IMG/VR virus record: IMGVR_UViG_3300045988_159775
Reading direction: 5' to 3' (one strand)
From: a virus
Length of the DNA: 64,000 nucleotides
Shown: piece after piece, positions 8,899 through 16,989 of the stretch
How positions within the stretch are numbered: position 1 is the first letter of the stretch
Layout: every line of letters starts with the position of its first letter
Notes under the pieces: model-generated
Told to the model about the DNA's origin: nothing
The model's input: the letters and a program-made list of their open reading frames with translations, nothing else
The model's database searches: none
Program-made: the position numbers and the translations under genes

Positions 8899-9060
8899 AA
8901 TTCTGTATTCTATTAGTTTTACAATTTGTTTTTCGATTATGAGTACAAAGGTAAGGGTTTTGAGAATATCTACAAAATTTTTCTTGGTAAATTTTTAGTT
9001 TTCCCAAAGAATTTAACTTTTGTTAAAAGAAAAGGACTACTTTCCCAAGCAATCCTTAAC
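8899..9060 (-). repeat. promoter/leader cassette copy A
   Basis: Nearly identical to 51129..51288 and 21245..21326, and related to 26566..26708 and 31791..31946. Confidence 0.9.
8946..8976 (-). promoter_or_regulatory. Bacteroidetes-type promoter (-33 TTTG, -7 TACCTTTG)
   Basis: Minus strand TTTG-TAGATATTCTCAAAACCCT-TACCTTTG, with exactly 19 nt between the two boxes. Confidence 0.7.
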
Positions 9061-9094
9061 TAATAGAACAAAATAACAAGACTAATACATCAAA

Positions 9095-9385
9095 TTATTT
9101 TATCAAATGGAACAATAAATTATCTTGTTCTAATAACTTTGCTAATTTTTCTTCAATAGCCGTACAATAAAAGAAAGCAATCTTTATTCCCAAAGAATTC
9201 GCAGCCTTATGCCATGCTTCAGAAAGAGCCTTAAACCTTTTATCACTCGTATATAGATCGTAGCAATTTAGGCAAATACAATAGCATTTCATATCACTAT
9301 CCTTATAACAGTAAGATATAATGCCGTCTTTCATCCCGTCTACCGTCCGAAGAATGCCTAAAAGGAAATTCTCAATCTTGTTCAT
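9095..9385 (-). CDS. hypothetical Cys-rich protein
   Basis: 96-aa ORF containing CYKDSDMKCYCICLNC. Confidence 0.45.
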   Translation of the reverse strand: MNKIENFLLGILRTVDGMKDGIISYCYKDSDMKCYCICLNCYDLYTSDKRFKALSEAWHKAANSLGIKIAFFYCTAIEEKLAKLLEQDNLLFHLIK

Positions 9386-9962
9386 CTTTTGTAAGCATTG
9401 CTAAACGTTCTGAAAGAAGATTCAAGTGAACCTTTTCATCCGCCAAGAGTTTTGAAGTTAACTGCATTGCTACTTTCATAGTGCGGGTAAATGTACCGTT
9501 GGCGGCTTCGGTAATCTTATTTTGAATAGACTCATAGACTTTGATAGTCTTTTCTTCCGATTCAATAGCAATCTTCAAGGCTTCCTCTACGCTACCGCCT
9601 ACGGCAACGGATGAGTTATTCCAACGTTGATCTATCTTGCCGCCTAACTTCCGTATGAAATCTGAAAGTTTATCGTAGTGCTTCATTTCAGTCATACCGA
9701 TACCCAACATAAGTTCGCCTACATCCTCAAACGTAGCTTCTTGGGTGACGTACATATTTATTGCCGTAAGTTCTGAAAAATCCGTTACGCCATTATGAAT
9801 ACCATAGAACCATTCCGCTGGTACTCCATCGTCCGGCTTTACGCCCGTATATTCCGGATATTCAACGTTTGGGTCAGAATAACGCATAGCATTTACCAAA
9901 CCATCTGTAAGATCGTCAAGTTGATTTTTACTCAACGGCTTCATTTTCGCAAAGTCTTTCAT
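9372..9962 (-). CDS. ferritin-like / rubrerythrin-family diiron-carboxylate protein
   Basis: Two E...ExxH pairs with four-helix-bundle spacing: QEATFE..TEMKH and ESEEK..DEKVH. Confidence 0.55.
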   Translation of the reverse strand: MKDFAKMKPLSKNQLDDLTDGLVNAMRYSDPNVEYPEYTGVKPDDGVPAEWFYGIHNGVTDFSELTAINMYVTQEATFEDVGELMLGIGMTEMKHYDKLSDFIRKLGGKIDQRWNNSSVAVGGSVEEALKIAIESEEKTIKVYESIQNKITEAANGTFTRTMKVAMQLTSKLLADEKVHLNLLSERLAMLTKDEQD

Positions 9963-9972
9963 ATCTTCTTCC

Positions 9973-11061
9973 TTACTTCATTCCCGTGTGACCAAAACCT
10001 CCGTCACCGCGTTCCGTCACATCGTCAAACTCATTTACTAATTCAAAATCCGCCTTAACAACGTTTTCAACAAATACAAATTGAGCAATTCTCTCTCCTT
10101 TCTCAAAGAATACCTTTTCACTACCATGATTTATCAAAATTACGTTACATTCCCCACGATAGTCAGCATCAATCGTACCCGGTGCGTTAAGGCAAGTAAT
10201 ACCTTTCTTCAAAGCCAAACCGCTACGAGGACGACACTGTACTTCAACGTTCTCCGGCAGTTGCATGTAAAGTCCTGTATGAATCATGCGCCGTTCTCCC
10301 GGTTCTAATGAAAAATCCTCAGCAGCCTTTATATCCGCTCCAGAACTCTGACTTGTAGCGTAAACGGGCAATTCTCCACCCTCCTTAACAATGATTTTAA
10401 TCTTAACCGTTTTACGGGATTCATGAAAGTTTTCAACGAAAATTTGATTAAACTGATCGACTGTAGGACGGTATAACAAATCAGTTAACTTTTCAATATC
10501 TCCTCCTAAATCTTTAGCGATATTCTCAGCAAAACTCCGGAATTCGGATTCTGATAAATTCCGTTCCCGAATCAATTTCGCCAACTCTTTTACGCCAATA
10601 GATTTTTTAACAAAATGTTGTTTGATGAGTTCTCCAGAATTTTCGTCAATCATGAAAACTGGTATATCGCGTTTGATAGCCATCCGCAATTCCGTCTCCA
10701 CTCCGCCTTTAATCTCTCCAAGAAATACTGAGATACCGTCATTTTGCTCGATATAATCAAACATATGCTCCCGATAAAAATCCAACTCGCCGCTTTTCTC
10801 CAATCCCGGATTCCAGCCGTTTTGTTCCATTTCGATATGATCGTAAAGATCGTGGAACGCTTCGTGAATAGAATTATCAAAATCATTTTCAATAACTTCT
10901 TCCTCCGACAAGAAACAATGATGTAACTCAATTGTCGTATCCTCTGAGAGATCGTCAATGTATTTTTTTAAGGCGGTTTCAAATTCTCCTACTAACTTCT
11001 TTACATCTTGATCTTTTGGGGTAAAATGTAAACTTACTACTAATTTTTTCTTCTTTTCCAT
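9973..11061 (-). CDS. dut: dUTPase with an N-terminal extension of about 215 aa
   Basis: The C-terminal domain carries SSGADIKA, RPRSGLALKKGI, GTIDADYRGE and GDGGFGHTG. The N-terminal part (DGISVFLGEIKGGVETELRMAIKRDIPVFMID) looks like a nucleoside 2-deoxyribosyltransferase/DUF4406-type Rossmann domain, at low confidence. Confidence 0.8.
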   Translation of the reverse strand: MEKKKKLVVSLHFTPKDQDVKKLVGEFETALKKYIDDLSEDTTIELHHCFLSEEEVIENDFDNSIHEAFHDLYDHIEMEQNGWNPGLEKSGELDFYREHMFDYIEQNDGISVFLGEIKGGVETELRMAIKRDIPVFMIDENSGELIKQHFVKKSIGVKELAKLIRERNLSESEFRSFAENIAKDLGGDIEKLTDLLYRPTVDQFNQIFVENFHESRKTVKIKIIVKEGGELPVYATSQSSGADIKAAEDFSLEPGERRMIHTGLYMQLPENVEVQCRPRSGLALKKGITCLNAPGTIDADYRGECNVILINHGSEKVFFEKGERIAQFVFVENVVKADFELVNEFDDVTERGDGGFGHTGMK

Positions 11062-11314
11062 TTTTACAATTGTTAATTAATGTTACACTTTATAACGGTC
11101 TATAAGGGTGCATAAATACGGAATAATTAAAGTGAAAAAGATGAAAGTTAAGGTTCAATGTGTCGCTGACGCTAATGGTAAAAATGGCAATGTTCAGTGG
11201 CAATTGAAGTCTCGTTCCTAAAACTCAACCGAAATAAATTCCATATTATGCACCCTTTAGTACTCACTATTCGATTTCTTAATCTTCCTAAAGAATAACC
11301 TTGAGAAATATAAC

Positions 11315-14047
11315 TTAAAGGAAAGCGTACTTAAATCCTGTAGTTATAAGATTAGAACCTAACATAGCAAGCCAAAAACTTGAACTGATGTCATCGTGGT
11401 TTCCGACCGAACACAACCCTTTATCTGTGAAAGCTACTGAACCTAAATCTTCAAAAATTAAATCTTTTACATTTTTTGAATAATCATCCCCGATAGGAAT
11501 ATGATATTTTCCCCGTTCGAATCTAATTGCCATCCCCGGCCATCCACTCTTGAGATCATACTTATCTATTCCCGTAGTGTGTCCTACAACGGGAAGTCCT
11601 TGGCGATCTGCTTCTTGGACAAATATCTGCTGAAAAGTATTCTGCTCCAATACCATAGAATCTGGTCTAAACTTTGCATTAATTCCTCTCAAAGTTTGCA
11701 TTTGCTCGTTAAACGTCAAGCCCTTTTCTCTAAAGAAATTCAACAGCCACATTTCTCCGGTCTCATCATCCACTCCCCAAGTCGTAAATACGGTATAGTC
11801 ACTTCCTACGTTTGCCGATATAGCAAAGTCGCAACCCACTACTACTTTATTAAACTTAATCGGAAAATCATCCCTATTTCTCACCAATACATAATTTTCC
11901 ATACGTACCAAGGAACGTTCCAAAACCTTTAACGGGAAAATAGACGCTTCATTCGTAATAGGTCTACAAAGGTTCTCCCGGCTGAAAATGATATTTCCTT
12001 GCGTAGCTCTCTTATCCAGAAGATCGAAGAAACTCCAACGGTGTGGCCAAAGTATTCGCCCGTCTGGGAAGATAGCCGGATATTCAATAACAAACCAACC
12101 TTTCTTAGTTTTCAAGTCTCCGTAAAGATCGCTTGCGTGGAACGGCGTTCCCACTACTACGATTTGACCACCGGGTACGAGCATGTTCATGATTACGGAA
12201 TGAAAATAGTCAATGCTCTTCTGCCTTTGTAATTGACTGTATATGACGTTATCTTTCAGTCCATCATCTACTACTATCCAGAACGGGTGAGCACCACGTA
12301 CAGAGCTTCCAAAACCCTTACACGTCAACCTCGCACCGTTCTTACATACTATATTCGTACTCGCCCACGCTCCAACGGCTCTCGTATCCGGAAAAAGACG
12401 CTCTCTCAATACGTCATTCCCCTCAATCGTACCCTTAAGTATTTCCATAAGGTCTACCGACTGCTGAAGTGAGAAAGAGAATAAATACCCACGGTTGGAA
12501 TTCGAACGCGTAGGACGAGCAGAAAAATGACTTCCACGGGGTTTAGAATATCCATATAATTTCCAAGCAGCGTATGCGTTGGAGAAATAGTAAGAATTAT
12601 GAGTTACCGTTCCATCTCCTAATAAAAATCTATGATCTCCGTCCGTAGTTATTGAAACGTACTCTCCACGCCCCACGTCAGTAATCTTTATAGAAGAAAC
12701 AACGCTTGGAGTTATTCCCTCAATCGTACCCCAATCTTTATTTGAAGTTTTTTCTTCCCAATTGTAAATCATCTTTTTTCTGGGAATCTTAACGGGTATT
12801 TGATCGATTTTTCCTGATATTGAAACTCCCCACCATTCATACATCCTCTTAAGTTGCTTATTGAACTTCTCCCCTCCGGAAAGATAAGTTCTAAACCCTA
12901 AACTATCAGCAAGTCTTTTTACGTCTTCAACTAAACGTTTATTGATGTTACCAAAGTGATATCCGTTGCTCCATAAATCTCCATCCGAATCTAAAAGCCC
13001 CGCAAGTAATTGTAGCCGGACGGCTTTAGAATTATGTAAATAAACATGCGGTATATGTTTATTGTAAAGAAGATTATACCCCTTTAAATACAAATTGAGT
13101 TTATTCTTAGTTTTGCAAGATATGACTTTTCTTCTTATATTAGACAAAAAACCTTTTCTGGAAGTTGTCATATCGAGTCTTTCCGCATATTCATCTAAAT
13201 ATTCTACAACTTCCAAATCTTCCGTAGTTATTTTTTGATTATTTGAATTTCCATCTCCTAACCAATAACCCAAAAAATAAGGTTCTATCAAAACTTTTCG
13301 TTCTGGCGCTTCCCAAGCAACCTTGAATGTTCTTATTCTCTCTTTTATGAAATTTTCAGAATAAGACAAAAGAGTTGACATATCAATATCTACAATATGC
13401 TTTTCATGATCTTCCAAGCAATTACCTCTTTTGTCTATTCTTATGCAAGTATTTATGTGACGACTGTTAACTGTATAGCTATCTCCCTTGCTTTGATCAA
13501 TTCTGTACATATGATCATCCCAACCTCTATGAACGGCAGTGACTTTACGTGGAGTAGAATCTACCCCCATTAGCAAATCTCCAACTTTAATGTCTTCGAC
13601 TTTTTTTATGCGTCCATCAAACATTAAAACGGGAGTACCAACTGCTTCGCACTTTCCGTGGTCGCGCGCCGCTTCTATACAAAGTTTCTTATGTCTATGT
13701 ACGAGATCTCCCCATTCTATGTGGTGCCAACTGAGTTGAAAATCCGGTAAAACTGAAGTAATGAAATACGTCAAATTATGAGTTCTTAAAGTCTCTTCAA
13801 TAGACTCCGATAGTCGCTCAGTATATTTAGGCGCAAAATCCACGTCAGTTTTGCCCGTATACATCACTTCAAACGTATCCCGAACTAAGTTATCAATAAC
13901 GAAATCTAAATCACCCTCCGATCCAAAAAGCAATTCATTTATTCCTCTTTCGTCCAAACCCTCTATTATTTCATCAACAACGTTTAAGCACTGCAATCTG
14001 TGCATTGGGGTTTGTAAAATTAATCCTCCGTTTTCTGAAATAGGCAT
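11315..14047 (-). CDS. terL: terminase large subunit interrupted by an intein
   Basis: The P-loop AARDHGK|C...THN|S is interrupted by the intein. Also present: Walker B FWIVVDDG and nuclease motifs VVVGCDFAIS and HDDISSSFWLA. The extein is 558 aa. Confidence 0.85.
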   Translation of the reverse strand: MPISENGGLILQTPMHRLQCLNVVDEIIEGLDERGINELLFGSEGDLDFVIDNLVRDTFEVMYTGKTDVDFAPKYTERLSESIEETLRTHNLTYFITSVLPDFQLSWHHIEWGDLVHRHKKLCIEAARDHGKCEAVGTPVLMFDGRIKKVEDIKVGDLLMGVDSTPRKVTAVHRGWDDHMYRIDQSKGDSYTVNSRHINTCIRIDKRGNCLEDHEKHIVDIDMSTLLSYSENFIKERIRTFKVAWEAPERKVLIEPYFLGYWLGDGNSNNQKITTEDLEVVEYLDEYAERLDMTTSRKGFLSNIRRKVISCKTKNKLNLYLKGYNLLYNKHIPHVYLHNSKAVRLQLLAGLLDSDGDLWSNGYHFGNINKRLVEDVKRLADSLGFRTYLSGGEKFNKQLKRMYEWWGVSISGKIDQIPVKIPRKKMIYNWEEKTSNKDWGTIEGITPSVVSSIKITDVGRGEYVSITTDGDHRFLLGDGTVTHNSYYFSNAYAAWKLYGYSKPRGSHFSARPTRSNSNRGYLFSFSLQQSVDLMEILKGTIEGNDVLRERLFPDTRAVGAWASTNIVCKNGARLTCKGFGSSVRGAHPFWIVVDDGLKDNVIYSQLQRQKSIDYFHSVIMNMLVPGGQIVVVGTPFHASDLYGDLKTKKGWFVIEYPAIFPDGRILWPHRWSFFDLLDKRATQGNIIFSRENLCRPITNEASIFPLKVLERSLVRMENYVLVRNRDDFPIKFNKVVVGCDFAISANVGSDYTVFTTWGVDDETGEMWLLNFFREKGLTFNEQMQTLRGINAKFRPDSMVLEQNTFQQIFVQEADRQGLPVVGHTTGIDKYDLKSGWPGMAIRFERGKYHIPIGDDYSKNVKDLIFEDLGSVAFTDKGLCSVGNHDDISSSFWLAMLGSNLITTGFKYAFL
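12596..13651 (-). mobile_element. intein with LAGLIDADG homing endonuclease domain (352 aa)
   Basis: It starts at Cys133 (CEAVGTPVLMFDG) and ends VTHN followed by Ser485. Two LAGLIDADG motifs are present (YFLGYWLGDGNS and LLAGLLDSDGDL). Boundaries were checked at the nucleotide level (acg gta act cat aat | tct). Confidence 0.8.
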
Positions 14048-14065
14048 AATGTCTTATCTCCTTTC

Positions 14066-14104
14066 TAAAAACACAAAAACCTTGCCCGTATAATTAGGCA
14101 AGGT
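14066..14104 (-). terminator. rho-independent terminator immediately upstream of terL
   Basis: Minus strand ACCTTGCC-N10-GGCAAGGT followed by TTTTTGTGTTTTT. Confidence 0.7.
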
Positions 14105-14132
14105 ATATTGATCTTTTTACTTTGTATGAAAC

Positions 14133-14933
14133 TTAATACTCAATTGTTTCGTCAATTCTACGCATGAGCATTTTGTACATTTCATCTTTTTCCTCCTTTT
14201 TCAATTCATCGTCCGTATCAATAGCGACTTTCATACGCTGAATATCTTGATTAAGGACTTTTAGCATGCCTGTTATTTCTTTCAAAATCGTATTTCTACG
14301 CAGGTCTTTACTAAAGGTGAATTTGAATTCGTGCGTCCCCTTAGTATATTGTATAAGTCCAAAGGTATGAAGAAGTGTCAAAAGTTCTTTTGCTTCCGCA
14401 TAATTAAGATTTGTAGAGCGCACTACATTAGAAAGGCGGCAATAGTAATTCTCAGAATCCTCTACTCGTCCGCCCTCGGTAATGATCGTGAAAAGTTTCT
14501 TACAAGATTCCTCAGCCTTAAGACGGTTAGAAGAATTGCTCAAGAAATCTCCTATTGTCTTTTTGGTATTATCTCCGTCTCTTTTGAGATCAAGATAATC
14601 TTTGATAACCTGATCTTCCAAAATAACTACTTCAAGACCATTATTCTTGGCAATCTCGATTGTTTTCTGAGAAGTAGACGGATGCAAACAAGCCATAATA
14701 AATACGCTTTGTTCTTCCGGTAAACATACCGTTCTATTGTCGCATTCTTCCTTTGATCGATCAGTTGACGCAGTAGGTTCTTTCACTTCTTCTTTGTTCT
14801 CCCCATCTTCAGTTTTCTTAGTACGTTTCGGACGAGGTTTTAACGTACCATTTGCAATGGCGGCTTCGCGTTCCTCTTTTGTGAGTCTCTTTCGCTTTGG
14901 CGCTTCTTCCGTTTTGTTTTCCAATTCTGACAT
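14133..14933 (-). CDS. hypothetical protein (small terminase subunit by position only)
   Basis: 266-aa ORF directly upstream of terL with a basic/acidic N-terminus. No motif was recognised, so the TerS idea rests on position alone. Confidence 0.5.
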   Translation of the reverse strand: MSELENKTEEAPKRKRLTKEEREAAIANGTLKPRPKRTKKTEDGENKEEVKEPTASTDRSKEECDNRTVCLPEEQSVFIMACLHPSTSQKTIEIAKNNGLEVVILEDQVIKDYLDLKRDGDNTKKTIGDFLSNSSNRLKAEESCKKLFTIITEGGRVEDSENYYCRLSNVVRSTNLNYAEAKELLTLLHTFGLIQYTKGTHEFKFTFSKDLRRNTILKEITGMLKVLNQDIQRMKVAIDTDDELKKEEKDEMYKMLMRRIDETIEY

Positions 14934-14968
14934 AATAATTACAATTTATTTGATATTCATACTTGTTT

Positions 14969-15736
14969 TTATCTCTTAATGTATTTCAAAGTGTGACGCG
15001 TTAAGTACTCAGCAACTTCCATAGGAGTCTCAAATAGGTCTTTAACTCCCAAATCAATCATTACACAATACTTCTCAGGAATAGTATTTTGATCTTCATC
15101 ACAATTCTTGTTACAAGAATTCCAATTTATCCATTCTTTTGAAATTATCTCCAAATTATACAAAATAGACTTCCTATCATCTGCATAATGTAAGGAGATT
15201 ATTTTGCCCTCAACAATTCCTCCGTCTTTCAACGCAAATCTCATATCGCCCAAATTAGGCATAATTACTTGACGCTTTACTTTAACAGCTGGAGAGAATT
15301 CGAGGTCTTGCTGCACATCTTTGCGCGAATATGTACGAGGTGGAGTCAAATCAGATTTTGAAGACGGCGGATATTTGTCAAATTCATTAGCTTCCGCCGT
15401 CAACGCTTTCTTTTTCAACAAATATGTATTTTGATATTTTGCGCATTCTGAGCTGTAATCTTTACGAATAGTATCTACCAAGAATTTTATGTCTGGAATG
15501 ACTTGAGATTTTATCATATATCTTTGATGACGATTGACTCCGTTTACTTCAATTAATCCTATTTTACTAAGTGCCTTAAGAACAAATGGAGAATAACCTT
15601 TTCTTACTCCTGCTTCCTCAAGAATCTTAGTTATTGGACGATCTACAACAGATATCCAAACATTCATTCTATCAAATCTCAAAATTTCTTCTAAAGCAAG
15701 TTCCAAACTTGTCTTGATCTCTTCTTCGCGTCTCAT
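14969..15736 (-). CDS. hypothetical protein
   Basis: 255-aa ORF with an ATG preceded by a tandem AAATTGTAAAA motif. Confidence 0.5.
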   Translation of the reverse strand: MRREEEIKTSLELALEEILRFDRMNVWISVVDRPITKILEEAGVRKGYSPFVLKALSKIGLIEVNGVNRHQRYMIKSQVIPDIKFLVDTIRKDYSSECAKYQNTYLLKKKALTAEANEFDKYPPSSKSDLTPPRTYSRKDVQQDLEFSPAVKVKRQVIMPNLGDMRFALKDGGIVEGKIISLHYADDRKSILYNLEIISKEWINWNSCNKNCDEDQNTIPEKYCVMIDLGVKDLFETPMEVAEYLTRHTLKYIKR

Positions 15737-15784
15737 AATTTTTACAATTTGTTTTACAATTTTCTTTATAAACTTTGGGGAATA

Positions 15785-16456
15785 TTATTTTGGAGACTTC
15801 CCAGCGCATTTAAACTCAAAGAATTCCTGACCTTTTGCGCGTTCTTTCTCTTCAGAGTCCGTCCCAACGCCCTTTTTAGATCGTAGACGTTTCATAATCC
15901 AACGCAAATAGTCCGCGTTCGCTTCTACGTCATTCATTGCTCCGTGAGCGTCCGTGATTTTTAGCTTTGTATAGCGCACCGCATCTGAAAGTCGTATCTT
16001 TTCATCTCCGTTTATTCCGAATGCTAATTTCGTCAAAGGCAATGTGTCTATGAAGTTGGGATGAATGTATTGCCATATATCTCCCGCATCGCAGAAATCA
16101 AAAGCGTAATTCAAGAAGTTATGATCAAACGGTATATTATGACCTACTGAGATAAGCCGTTGAGCTTCCTTATACTTTGCATTGCTTTGGTATTGTTTAT
16201 ATAGAGAAACGACCGTTTTTACAAATTCCTTTACCGGAACACCGCGCTTTATATCAGACATGGTTACCATAGTCTTTTTCAATGCCACCTCGTCTATCTT
16301 TAAATCCCCATAAGGCTTAACAAAGGTTTCATAACGGTCAAGTTCCTTAAGCGTCCGACCGTCTAAAATTATGCAAGCGTATTGAGTTATTGGGTTTTTA
16401 TCCGCATCCAATCCGCCCGTCTCGCAATCGTGTACTAAATAGTTAGAAGTTATCAT
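15785..16456 (-). CDS. DEDDh 3'-5' exonuclease (DnaQ/Pol III epsilon-like)
   Basis: Motifs HDCETGGLD, GHNIPFDHNFL and HGAMNDVEANA. The ATG at 16456 forms an ATGA overlap with the upstream stop. Confidence 0.75.
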   Translation of the reverse strand: MITSNYLVHDCETGGLDADKNPITQYACIILDGRTLKELDRYETFVKPYGDLKIDEVALKKTMVTMSDIKRGVPVKEFVKTVVSLYKQYQSNAKYKEAQRLISVGHNIPFDHNFLNYAFDFCDAGDIWQYIHPNFIDTLPLTKLAFGINGDEKIRLSDAVRYTKLKITDAHGAMNDVEANADYLRWIMKRLRSKKGVGTDSEEKERAKGQEFFEFKCAGKSPK

Positions 16457-16989
16457 ACAAAATCGAATAATGACCAACGTTCATCGTTTGCTTTCTCGAA
16501 GTTCTCCGCGTTATGTCTTTTAGCATAAACTCTGGGGAACGGTATTTTCCACCAACGGTCATGAGTCCAATAGAAATGATTCAATTCCGGTTCGGGAAGT
16601 TCCGGGAGAAGTTTAATCCAACCTTTCTTTTTGCGACCGCATATGAATTCAACGTCCAAAAATAAAGCAAGCATATCCTTAACGTCACTTATGAATCTAT
16701 CCTCGTCTCCTTTTTCAAGAATAATCCTTATCGTACATCCGCCAACATAGTTTAAATAGCTTATAATTTCCCAAACGTCAATATCATAAGTAGCAATGCC
16801 GTGTCCACTTACCCAGTCTTGACGTTTTTTAGACCACTTCAGCCGGATATCAAATAAGCGTACCCCTTTCTTGTATTGTTCTTCTATGTTTAAAGATTGA
16901 CAACGGGTAGTCCAATTCAATATTCTAAACCACCACTGAGGTTTAATGTAACTCAAAGAGTTATGAGAACCTATTCTTTTTGATATCAT
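16453..16989 (-). CDS. PLC-like phosphodiesterase domain protein (PI-PLC X-box-like)
   Basis: GSHNSLSY ... GVRLFDIRL ... SGHG resembles the GTHDS / R-x-x-D-x-R / HG catalytic pattern. At 178 aa it is short for the fold. Confidence 0.4.
   Translation of the reverse strand: MISKRIGSHNSLSYIKPQWWFRILNWTTRCQSLNIEEQYKKGVRLFDIRLKWSKKRQDWVSGHGIATYDIDVWEIISYLNYVGGCTIRIILEKGDEDRFISDVKDMLALFLDVEFICGRKKKGWIKLLPELPEPELNHFYWTHDRWWKIPFPRVYAKRHNAENFEKANDERWSLFDFV

Noticed and set aside
11141-11175. A possible tRNA, suggested by a GGTTCAATG T-loop-like string in the terL-dut spacer. Other intergenic regions were also scanned for GTTCGAAT/GTTCAAAT-type T-loops.
   Set aside because: There is no flanking 5-bp T-stem, acceptor stem or anticodon arm. 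I found no convincing tRNA or rRNA gene in the window.
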